The notes below the pieces were generated by a model that saw only the letters and a list, made by a program, of their open reading frames with translations, was not told where the DNA came from and made no database searches. Positions 54,979-64,000 of a DNA stretch of 64,000 nucleotides are shown one piece after another. Positions within the stretch are counted from its first letter, which is position 1. Every line of letters begins with the position of its first letter. The stretch covers positions 12,255,563 through 12,319,562 of the forward strand of contig CM085492.1 of the NCBI GenBank assembly GCA_041753875.1, given 5' to 3'. Source of the stretch: Acanthopagrus schlegelii. Lineage: Eukaryota. The translations under genes and the position numbers were made by a program.

Positions 54979-55920
54979 GGTGCTTTAATATTTACTTGTT
55001 CCTGTTTCATTGTGTTAAATTCGGCATCGGGGTTTTTTATGCATTTAACCAGTTATTTTTATTCAGTGCACACCTGTCACACTGAGAGGCAGAACAGCCT
55101 GTACAGTTTAACTGTTATTACTCAAGACGAAGTTTAAAACTTCATAATAACCATCATCAAAACGGGTACATTTATGGTTAATTGAACTTTAGTTTCTAGT
55201 TAATAATAATTGTAGAGGTTTATAAATGTAAGTTGCATCTTTGCCTTGTCTAGTCATATAATGTTTTTAGATGAACTACACAGTATTTATTAACCACATA
55301 CAAAGTATTTTAAATATCAGTAGCAACTTTACAATAAACACTTGCTGATTGAATGGTTTATATAGCATTTCTCTTTTTGTTAACAAAAGCAAAAAACCCA
55401 TTATGGTGTTACTGATAACATTCAGGAGAAGGGACAGACTTGACCAATATAGAAACATGGGTATCACGTGATTCCAACAACATTATACTACTGACTGACA
55501 AATCTTATTAGAAGCTGGAACCATCAGAATTCTTACACAGAATAAAACAATTATTTTTGAAAACCTTTTCAGGTTATTGATTCACAATCATAATACTGTT
55601 TTTTAAGGAAAATAAATTATTTTATTCTACATTTTTCCTCAAGCTTTGTATTTATTTTAATTTCTTTATGATTTGTTTATAGTCTAGAGTCATGAGTCAG
55701 AAGTGAGGTATGTGATCCTCAGGCTCTCTCTGCAGTTCAGCTTCACTTGTCATGCCTGGGCTTGTTGAGGTTGTCTTTCAAGTTACATGGAACAGCTCCA
55801 AATACTACAGACCAGGCATAATTGTTGTACAGTACTGTGGGGTAACATTGACCAGTATGTCATCTCGGCTGACTTATTGGTGTTACTTATTTCCGATGTT
55901 GTGCCCCACCACCCCCCCAG

Positions 55921-55974
55921 AACGCCATGGTTGGAGCCATGTCCAAGTTGAACCTATTCCGCTCTGCAAATAAA
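55921..55974 (+). CDS. exon; NAMVGAMSKLNLFRSANK (paralog of 54759..54812)
   Basis: Acceptor cccccccag| and donor aaa|GTAACT. Confidence 0.5.
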
Positions 55975-56999
55975 GTAACTATGCTGTTGATTGTGTTTGG
56001 CAGTGGTGGAGGTGTCTGGTAATGATGTTGTAGGTGACGGGAAGTGTCTGTGGTGGTCATGGGTCTGTGATGGTGGTGATGGTTCAATGTTTCATTTTAG
56101 AAAGTTGTGATGATGTGCTGCAGACGTAAAGGACCATTTCCGTGATTTTTGCCTGTTGTACCCAGTTTGCCACAAATAACATTTATATCGAGACCCAACC
56201 ATTTTACAAAACGAAGTTGATATGATTTGAATTTTGGGGTATTGGTCTAACTGCTTAAGGCAACCATTGTTTTACATGTATTTCAGTAAAATATGAAAAT
56301 CAATATCTCTTCACAATTTTTGGCAACAATTAATACAGGATTGATGTTTTACTGTGATAAATAACACAACTAAAGTACAGTAGTTTCAAGAGTCTGCCTT
56401 TTGATTTTCATACCATTCAGAAATGAATGAAAACCAATGGCTGCCAGTCACAGAGTTAAAGGAACAGTTAACACAAAATGAAAATTCAGTCATCATCCAC
56501 TCCCATGCTGATGGAAAATCAGATGAAGTTTGTTAATCTGCAAGGAGCTTAAAGAGTTGCAGCATTTTCTTCAACAACTAAAGTAGTTGGGGACTAGTTT
56601 TAAAACGAAAAAACCAACAGAATATATTAAATGGCTTCATACAGCTCGTCAGGTGTAATACAAGTCTTCAGAAGCCTAGAGATCCCAAATTGATTTGATA
56701 AGGCGTAATTTACAGCATAATTTACAGCATAATTTGCAGCTACAGTGAGCTGCTAAAGCATTACCTTAAACCCAGTTTACAGTGTGAAGTAAACTTTGTC
56801 AGTTGTTTAGATGAATGCTGCAACCCTGTTCTGCTGTCAAGCTCCCGAAATGTTTTGTGGACTACGAAACAGCACCTGACTTTCCATCATTTCTTGGGTA
56901 ACTGTTCCTTCAAACTCGCAAAAGCAAAAGTGGTCCTTTAATGGCTGCACAAGTAATCAGATATTGGTTGATACAATTGATTTCATGTCCTTTGATTAG

Positions 57000-57065
57000 A
57001 AAGACACAGAAGATACTGAGAAGCTCACGGAGGACGAGCAACGAATGGAAGAGAAGCCGAAAGTG
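57000..57065 (+). CDS. exon; KDTEDTEKLTEDEQRMEEKPKV
   Basis: Acceptor gattag| and donor gtg|GTCAGT. Confidence 0.4.
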
Positions 57066-57297
57066 GTCAGTCTATTTTTTGCATCACTCATGAGTCATCA
57101 GTGACTGCACGCACACACACACACACACAGCTGAGCTGATCAACTTCTGTCAAAAATACCCTCTACTCTCATACCTCCTCTTCCCCCACCTTCACCACAT
57201 CCTCCTCATCCCCTTTAAATCCTGCCTGCTCACTGTCATACGTCCCCGTCTTCCTGCTCCACCACACTGTGTGACTCTGTCTGTGTGTCCTTGTCAG

Positions 57298-57375
57298 GTC
57301 AAAAGCAACATGATCCAGCAAGAGAGAAAAGACAGAAGTGAAACACCAACGGTCCCGCCTAGACCAACTGAAGAG
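57298..57375 (+). CDS. exon; VKSNMIQQERKDRSETPTVPPRPTEE
   Basis: Acceptor ttgtcag| and donor gag|GTCTGT. A paralog lies at 57766 (..PVVPARPSEE). Confidence 0.45.
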
Positions 57376-57483
57376 GTCTGTATGCAGTTGAACACAGCTC
57401 AGTGACATGTGGTCCGAGTGAGACTCTTCTCACCTCTGCTCTGTCTGTTATAATGTGTTGTTAAGGCTGCCATCTCTCCACAG

Positions 57484-57543
57484 GAGATGAAGAGGACGTC
57501 AACATACAACAAAGGAAAACCAATAGGAGCTGAGGATAATAAG
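57484..57543 (+). CDS. exon; EMKRTSTYNKGKPIGAEDNK
   Basis: Acceptor ccacag| and donor aag|GTAAAG. Confidence 0.45.
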
Positions 57544-57765
57544 GTAAAGTTTACCCTTCTCTGATTTAGAAGGTGTTCTGTGGGTTGTCTGCTTATTTCT
57601 GCTTAATCAGAGTTTGAATATGTGAAGGTATCTGTATGAACACGAGTAAAATCAGTTAATGGTTCATTTATTTTCCAGTAAGCAGGAGGCCATTATGAAT
57701 GTGCTTTAAAATGTAAGGCTTTCACTGGAGTCTGTTTTTTTTCCCATTTATTTTGTCCTCTGCAG

Positions 57766-57846
57766 AATAACAAGGATATGACCTCCAGAGAGAAAAAAGC
57801 AAAACCTGAAAAAACTCCAGTAGTTCCTGCCAGACCATCAGAAGAG
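57766..57846 (+). CDS. exon; NNKDMTSREKKAKPEKTPVVPARPSEE
   Basis: Acceptor ctctgcag| and donor gag|GTAGTT. Confidence 0.45.
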
Positions 57847-57965
57847 GTAGTTTAAGCTTTCAGTCTCTAGAAAATAAGTGCTGTTGGTATCAGTTTGGAG
57901 CAGATGTGTATCGATGCTGCGTTATTAGCTCTGTGGTTATAGAAACTGCTCTGGGTTGATTTCAG

Positions 57966-58013
57966 GAGCTAAAAAGAGCAGACAGACAGTTAACGCAGAA
58001 CAGAAACCATCAG
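57966..58013 (+). CDS. exon; ELKRADRQLTQNRNHQ
   Basis: Acceptor tttcag| and donor cag|GTACTG. Confidence 0.4.
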
Positions 58014-58299
58014 GTACTGACATGTACACACAATATTAGACTGATGTATTAGTTGACTGATATTTTGGACCAGTATTGTTTGTTTAAACTGGATATCAGC
58101 TCATGGATATAAAAAGGTTACAGGCCCCCTTTGTCAAAAATCACTTTTTGACCTTGAATGTGGAAAAAGATGTCAGTGCAGAGTTTGACTCTAGAAGCCT
58201 GTTTTTACGTACCCACATCTGCTTTTTGTGACATTGCAATTATTCAACTCAGACGAGTATGATTGGCAACAAAAAACACAGTGCAAGTGGACTTTTCAG

Positions 58300-59000
58300 T
58301 GAAATGGGAGACACCTTGTTTCAAGCAGTCAGCTAAGATCCTCAGGCAGGAACTTGCTAACTGTTCCCAGCTCACGCCTTAAGGAAAGAGGGGACAGAGC
58401 GTTTACTGTCAGGGCTCCTCGGCTGTGGAACGACCTGCCTGAGGAACGACAGCTGAGTACATGAGTGTCCTCTTTAAAATCACTTTGATAGGGTTAGGGT
58501 TATTAGGACTTATTTTTATTGAAAGGCCCTCCTGACATTACACTTAAGACTTGCATGGCTGTTCTAAATGTCCAGGAGGTGCGGGAGTGAGGCACCAATG
58601 ATCTCTTCTGCAGCATTCACTCACTATGCGCTGCAGAGTTTTACAATTAGAGGTGCTGCAAATTCCAAACCATGCAGTGATGCAGCTGGTGATGCTTTCA
58701 ATGGAACAGCGGTAGAAGGAGCACTTGATGGGTGCGGGGCTCTGACCCTCTACAGATTGTGGAGATCGTAGAGGCGCTGCTGTGCTCTCTTGGCAAGTGA
58801 TGCAGTGTTGTTGGACTGGGAGAGGTCTTCTGTGATGTGCATGCCTAGAAATCTGGTGCTGCTCACTCTCTCCACAGCAGAGCCATTGATGGTCAGCGGG
58901 TGGTGTTGGATCCTGTTTCCCGGACGTCAGTGACCAACTCCTTCGTTTTGTCTTCATTTAGGGAGAGGTTGTTGTCACTGACCACATCACTTTCATGCTC
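58300..59000. repeat. teleost interspersed repeat fragment (carries the ..RAFTVRAPRLWNDLPEE.. coding remnant on + and the SIESITSCITAWFG.. / TLQRIV.. remnant on -)
   Basis: Plus strand 58370-58460 encodes KGDRAFTVRAPRLWNDLP, a motif recurrent in fish genomes. The minus ORF 58544..58957 matches the well-known CITAWFGxC..LQRVV repeat-encoded peptide. It sits inside an intron of the surrounding gene. Confidence 0.55.
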
Positions 59001-59581
59001 ATGCCTGGATACAGGCCCCTGGGGACAGTCGCATTCATTGGATTTTAAACAAGGGAAAAAAGTAGATGTAATTTTAACAAATAGTTAGAATCAGAGCATT
59101 CAGTTTATTCATTTTTTTTTTTAAATCCAAGCTGTTTCAAGTTATCTCTGTTTTTTAAGAGAATAACTGTAATGAAAGACCCTGAACAGTTTCTGGCATG
59201 AAAATCTTAACATTTTTAGACTTAATATTTGCATAAAACTTTCGCTGTAAAACTAAAAATAATATCACCATATGCTTTTAGATGTCAAAGTCTGGCATGC
59301 AGAAACACACCTTATGCAAACCATGACATAGAAGTGGGGCGGCTGTGGTTCAGGAGGTAGAGTTGATCGCTGATCTTATGGTTGGTGGTGCAATCACCAG
59401 GTCCTCCTGTCCTCAAGTTGAAGGATCCTTGAGCAAGACAGTGAGCCCCACATTGTGTGTGAGTGGGTGGCACAAAGCTAGTCAAGTGCATTGGTAAAAA
59501 GTGGTTTATCAGTGCTGTCATTTGCACTTTGCTAAAACATTTATAGTATAATTTGAATCTAATAAATATAATTTGCTGCAG

Positions 59582-59662
59582 AACCAATCAGATGATGAAG
59601 GCCTCAAAAAAGATGAATCTGCTGAATCCAAAGACGAGACGAACTATACAGAAAGCAAAACA
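59582..59662 (+). CDS. exon; NQSDDEGLKKDESAESKDETNYTESKT
   Basis: Acceptor ttgctgcag| and donor aca|GTAAGT, 0-0. Confidence 0.5.
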
Positions 59663-60034
59663 GTAAGTTTATCTCTTTATTAGTGATGGGACAGATTATT
59701 ACTGTACTAATCTTTACTATAAGAAAATAGTTTGATACACACAGTGAAATATGTGTGTTTATTTGTATTTGTGCGTCTATTTGTAGTATAAATCCACATT
59801 TGCTGCAACGTGCAGGTGAAAAACAAGCATGAGTATCTGCTTCGGTTATTCAGCCTGGATCTTATCATTCCACTTCCTGCTGCTTTCTACTCAGTTCTTT
59901 CATGCCAGAGCCATGCACAGATGTAGTTCTTTAATTCAGTTGTAAGTCTGCTGCAGCTATAATGAAATGTAGTTCTTCCAGTTATTGTTTTTCGTGTCAG
60001 CTGACAAATTTTCACCATGCCATTTCTTTTGCAG

Positions 60035-60088
60035 ACCAAGGTGAAAAAACACAAGCATAATCCGTTCATGCCGCGAGTTGCAGCCAAG
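60035..60088 (+). CDS. second array, type C; TKVKKHKHNPFMPRVAAK
   Basis: Acceptor ttttgcag| and donor aag|GTATGT. Confidence 0.55.
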
Positions 60089-60204
60089 GTATGTGACAGT
60101 GTGTGTTTTTCTGGATTTTGCAGTTCATGTAGAGTTGTGAAGACATTTATATTTTAGACTCTCATCAACTGGTCATCATCAACACTTCTTGTTGTTTGCT
60201 TCAG

Positions 60205-60291
60205 GCTTCGTCTGATGATGAAGGGCTGAAAGAAGATGATGATTCTTCATCCAAAGAGGAAAAGAATGATGAGGAAGACAAAGCTGAGGAG
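60205..60291 (+). CDS. second array, type D; ASSDDEGLKEDDDSSSKEEKNDEEDKAEE
   Basis: Acceptor gcttcag| and donor gag|GTCTCC. Confidence 0.55.
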
Positions 60292-60452
60292 GTCTCCAGC
60301 TTTTTTTTTGTGCTATTTTTGCTTGTAGATTGATTTAAATATACACTGCTTGATTTTTACACATACAGTCAGCAGGACCAAATATTCATGTTACTGTCAT
60401 TACACATATTTAAGGTCTCTCTTCCTCAAAGTGACCAAATTTTTCTTTTCAG

Positions 60453-60503
60453 ACCAAACTCAAGAAACCTAAGAGACACAATCCCTTCATGCCTCGGGTC
60501 AAG
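60453..60503 (+). CDS. type C; TKLKKPKRHNPFMPRVK
   Basis: Acceptor cttttcag| and donor aag|GTAACA. Confidence 0.55.
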
Positions 60504-60629
60504 GTAACATCCAAACATGTACAAACTAGTTGTACTTGTAAATGAACAAACCTTTATGTTACTGTCATGTTTTGTACATGTTTATTTATTTCATTGTTAG
60601 GTTTACATGTTTGTTGTTGTTTACCTCAG

Positions 60630-60722
60630 GCTTCGTCTGATGATGAAGGTCTGAAAGAAGAAGATGATTCTTCATCCAAAGAGGAAAAGAATGACGAGGA
60701 GGGAAAAGACAAAACAGAGGAG
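60630..60722 (+). CDS. type D; ASSDDEGLKEEDDSSSKEEKNDEEGKDKTEE
   Basis: Track ORF 60567..60767 frame. Acceptor cctcag| and donor gag|GTCTTT. Confidence 0.55.
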
Positions 60723-60899
60723 GTCTTTAAATTCTTTTCCTTTTGCTGCATTTTGCTTGTTGATTGAATAAAATGTTCATGGTTTGTTTTTGACAATGAA
60801 AAGTTATCAAGAACAATTGTTCATTTTACCTGAAAAACTCAGAATGTGACGCGTATCTTCCTCAAAGTGATACTGAAACCATGATTTTCTTCTTTTTAG

Positions 60900-60950
60900 A
60901 CCAAAGTCAAGAAACCGAAGAGACACAATCCCTTCATGCCTCGGGTCAAG
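60900..60950 (+). CDS. type C; TKVKKPKRHNPFMPRVK
   Basis: Acceptor ctttttag| and donor aag|GTAACA. Identical intron-flank sequence to 60453..60503. Confidence 0.55.
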
Positions 60951-61045
60951 GTAACATCCAGACATGCGCCTCTGTGAAGGACTATCAGTTAAAGCATTTC
61001 TACTTTCAATTTTAAAAAATCTGTCTTTGTGTTGAATGGTTACAG

Positions 61046-61096
61046 GGCAGAGTTAAAGCGAGGGGAGAGGGTGGAGCTGCAGGCAACACAGCAGAG
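61046..61096 (+). CDS. exon; GRVKARGEGGAAGNTAE
   Basis: Acceptor ttacag| and donor gag|GTAGAG. Confidence 0.45.
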
Positions 61097-61126
61097 GTAG
61101 AGAAAATAAAAAGCTCTTGAGACGAT

Positions 61127-61130
61127 CTTT

Positions 61131-61166
<36 letters not shown>

Positions 61167-61168
61167 TC
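61127..61168. repeat. (TTTC)n microsatellite, ~10 units
   Basis: Read directly from the sequence. Confidence 0.9.
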
Positions 61169-61835
61169 ACTCACTCTTCTTTCAATTCTTATATCTTCGC
61201 TCATTGCCTTTCCCTTCCCCGTCTGTATGAGTTATTCATCCACCATACTGAAGTATTGTAGTCTTGCTCATTGTGGTTCAGGATTACAACAGGTCTGTTT
61301 CAGTCACCTGAGCCCTCCCTGTAAACCACCTCTGTCTTTTGTTTGTCTCCAGGGCGTTCGCTTATCTCCCAACAGAGATTGTTATAGTCATCCTGCGTTT
61401 TGTTGCTGTTGTTGTGTTTTTCCCCTCCACTGTCGACACTGAACCCACCCCCACACCTTCACTCCACCAGGCAGTTTTTGTGCATGCCCATAGCTTGGAA
61501 GATAATGTGGGTTTAAGTTGCAATGTGCCCAGACTTGTTTCTCTGCTTCCGTTTTCAATGGGTCCATGGAAATTTTTGTCCCTTTTCACTTCTGCAAAAA
61601 CAGCACAAATATGTCAGTACAGTCAGAATCCCTTTTACCATCACTTCCTCCTCTTTATCTGAGCATGTACAGAGAAAAAGTGAAACTGAGGATATGTGAC
61701 ATTTGATGTATTAATTGTATTGTACTGCTGTGATATACACTTCAGCAACACTTTAGACAAAGGAAAACAAATCTTGTTATGATTTTTTTTATGATAATGT
61801 ATGATTTTAAAGCAGTATTACCTCTATTGTTTCAG

Positions 61836-61913
61836 AATGAAGGTCAAAAAAGGACCTTGTTTGACCAGCTGGATGACTACCGTATTGACCCGGCACAGGG
61901 TGAAGAAGGACAG
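61836..61913 (+). CDS. exon; NEGQKRTLFDQLDDYRIDPAQGEEGQ
   Basis: Acceptor tgtttcag| and donor cag|GTTGGT. Confidence 0.5.
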
Positions 61914-62039
61914 GTTGGTTTCTGAAGAAAAATATACCATCACAAGTAACATTTCAGTATAATCTGATACCACATTATTAACCGTTTGATATGCAGCCAT
62001 AAACATGCAAATCAATACAAATGTAATGGTGTCTTTCAG

Positions 62040-62079
62040 GATGTGGAGGATCTCATGGAGTGGTGGGACACAGTGGAGT
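62040..62079 (+). CDS. exon; DVEDLMEWWDTVE (phase 0-1)
   Basis: Acceptor ctttcag| and donor t|GTAAGT. Confidence 0.5.
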
Positions 62080-62793
62080 GTAAGTCACAAATTATTTTTT
62101 AGGCGAGATATTTAGTTTTCACATCCATAATATTACCAAAGGTTTGCGGATATAACCTGTTTTTGTACTTCAGTGTGCTGTTTCTTATGTTTGTTGCCCC
62201 TAAGTTCCAAATAAAGAAAATGTTTACAGCGTACAACTATAGTTAAGAAAATAGTCTGGGAAAGACCCTTTTCTGTTCCGACAGTTAGGGAAAATTTGAT
62301 TTAATTTCCAACTATTTTAATAATCAATTATTTGTTTCAGTCATTATTCAGGTAAAAATGTCAAACATTTGCTGGTTCCAGCTACTTTTCTTTGTCATTT
62401 ATTATAGTAAATTAAGAGTTTTTGGGTTTTGTACTCATGGTTGGATAGAAAAAACACATTTTTGGCACTGTAGAAAGTAAAAGGTCTAGGCTACTCAGGA
62501 AGGAAACGTAATGTGACCAAGTTGCTCCTTGGTAGGGAACACCAAAGTTCAAAAACTTTGTAGGCTTTTAAAAAAAATTTTTTCCAGATGAGTGCCTTGG
62601 ATTTTTCTCTTTCTTGTATTCCAACATTAGTGTTGGGCCTCTCTGATGTGTCTGTAAATCTGAAACCAGAGGATCAGAGCCTTTCTTTGGTTCTGGATGT
62701 TTTTTGTTTTTTTCTGATGTCCACATACTTTTGTCCATGTAATATATGCAACATTATGAGAAAGATCAATGTAATTCCTTATTCCTTCTCCAG

Positions 62794-62845
62794 CTTGGGA
62801 AGACACGGCTCAGGATGATGACATGACAGAAAAAGAAGAGGCCAA
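62794..62845 (+). CDS. exon; (S)WEDTAQDDDMTEKEEA (phase 2-2)
   Basis: Acceptor ttctccag| and donor aa|GTAAGT. In-frame with the neighbouring exons. Confidence 0.5.
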
Positions 62846-63296
62846 GTAAGTGTATGCTCATATAGGTGATGATGCAGTATTTCACTCCCACATTTTATAA
62901 TGTCTTCCATGACCCCAGTATAATGAACGAGAGAAAGAAACTCTGGATATTACTCTGTCATTACTCTGGATAATCCACAGAATAAGCTGTCAGCAGTTTT
63001 CATAGAGACTATCTCTTCAGAGAGAGAGCTCCAAAGAGAAGGGTTAACAGCAAGCTTTATGGATTATCAGAGTGATCAGAACTTGAGTGACAGAAGAGAC
63101 ATTACTGTTTTCTAAATGCAGTTTGTCAATGCTTTTTGCAACAGAAAAATACAAGTATTTTCCTCTATTATATTGGAGAGGAAGCTGGATATTTAAAAAA
63201 CTTGGTCAAATTAAACCACCACCATCTGCATGGCTAAATACAAACGGGTTATAAGAGTTATAGTCTGTATAATTCCTCTTAACTTGCTCCTCTCAG

Positions 63297-64000
63297 GGCT
63301 TTTGCTGTGACCGCAGAGAAAGTGCAGAAGGGCATCCGTGTTTTCAACAAACTGTTCTCGGAGCGCGCAGAGAGCCTCTGGCAGCACGTCATCGACCTCA
63401 ACACCATTGCAGATGGCCTGGACAAATTCAGCAAAAAGACCAAGATCGCCCAAATCACTGGTGGCTCCACCAGCGCCATCGGAGGCGTGGCCACGATTGC
63501 CGGCCTCGCTCTTGCACCAGTCACCATGGGAACCTCCTTGATTGTGACAGCAGTGGGACTGGGTGTTGCCACGGCAGGCGGTCTGACATCAGCAGGGGCC
63601 GGCATCTCCAACCAGGTAAACAATTCGATGGACCGCAAGAAGGTGGAGAAGATCATTAAGGATTATCAGGACAAGATGGTGGACCTCAACAAGTGCCTGA
63701 AGTTCATCAAGCAGGGGATTGAGAACCTGAAGAAGTTTGACCTGCTCAAGATGAAGGACAACGCTTACAACCGTGACTTCCCTGTGCTCACTGCTCAGTT
63801 CTATGAGGACGGTGCCATGGCAGGAAAGGCGATCCTCATCAACGCTAACGAGATCATGCGTGTGGTGCAGATCGCTAACGTGGCGGGCAGCACGGCCGCC
63901 AGAGCGGTCCAGATCGCCAGTATGGCTACTGGTGTACTCACCGGACTTTTCGTAGGTATGGACATTTACTTTGTGGCCAAAGACTCGAAAGAACTCAAGA
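63297..64000 (+). CDS. Apolipoprotein-L (APOL) domain terminal exon, partial; runs off the window. (K)AFAVTAEKVQKGIRVFNKLFSERAESLWQHVIDLNTIADGLDKFSKKTKIAQITGGSTSAIGGVATIAGLALAPVTMGTSLIVTAVGLGVATAGGLTSAGAGISNQVNNSMDRKKVEKIIKDYQDKMVDLNKCLKFIKQGIENLKKF...
   Basis: Acceptor tcctctcag| at 63295-63296. A long open frame continues to the window end. It carries the APOL-family hallmark ...LDK..KK..IA.ITGGS.SA.GG..TIAGL.LAP.T.G.SL..TA.G.G.A.A followed by a coiled-coil-like KK.EK...D.QDKM region, comparable to the human APOL1 LADELDKVHKGCNIANVVGGSTGAVGG..TIAGLILAP.T.G.SL segment. It is not on the ORF track because there is no stop within the window. Confidence 0.75.

Noticed and set aside
58544-58957. 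137-aa minus ORF (…SIESITSCITAWFGICSTSNCKTLQRIV…)
   Set aside because: Belongs to a widespread teleost interspersed repeat, not a local gene. It sits within an intron of the + strand gene.
1-64000. Prokaryotic-style features (operons, CRISPR, RBS, terminators) suggested by the ORF-track format
   Set aside because: The sequence is clearly eukaryotic, with spliced genes and vertebrate repeats. Most track ORFs are intronic or antisense noise.

Overview
This window is vertebrate, apparently teleost-fish, nuclear DNA. It is not prokaryotic: there are no CRISPR arrays, rRNA or tRNA genes that I can see, and the six-frame ORF track is useful mainly for calibrating coordinates. The sequence has GT-AG introns, microsatellites, fish interspersed repeats and one CpG island.

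Five gene models are supported, in order:
- The 3' portion of parp2 on the + strand (11 coding exons, 14..3950, stop at 3948-3950). Its 5' end lies upstream of the window.
- A complete 5-exon TMBIM/lifeguard-family gene on the - strand (5026..8372). It is convergent with parp2; the stop codons are about 1.07 kb apart.
- A ZNRF1/2-like RING E3 ligase on the - strand (16107..18267). Its long GC-rich first exon sits in the CpG island, and I could not locate the expected terminal RING exon.
- A complete tep1 (telomerase-associated protein 1) on the + strand, 19919..44849. I reconstructed 56 coding exons with fully consistent splice phases, covering the TROVE, NACHT and WD40 regions. The parp2-tep1 neighbourhood matches mammalian 14q11 synteny.
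- After a Tc1-like transposon relic (~45750-47220), a long + strand gene from ~47797 to past the window end. Its terminal exon encodes a clear apolipoprotein-L (APOL) domain. The upstream body is made of dozens of short phase 0-0 exons, including two arrays of tandemly duplicated exon pairs encoding low-complexity peptides.

The most unusual object here is this exon-duplication-array / APOL-domain gene. Coordinates may be off by 1-2 nt in places because all counting was done by hand.
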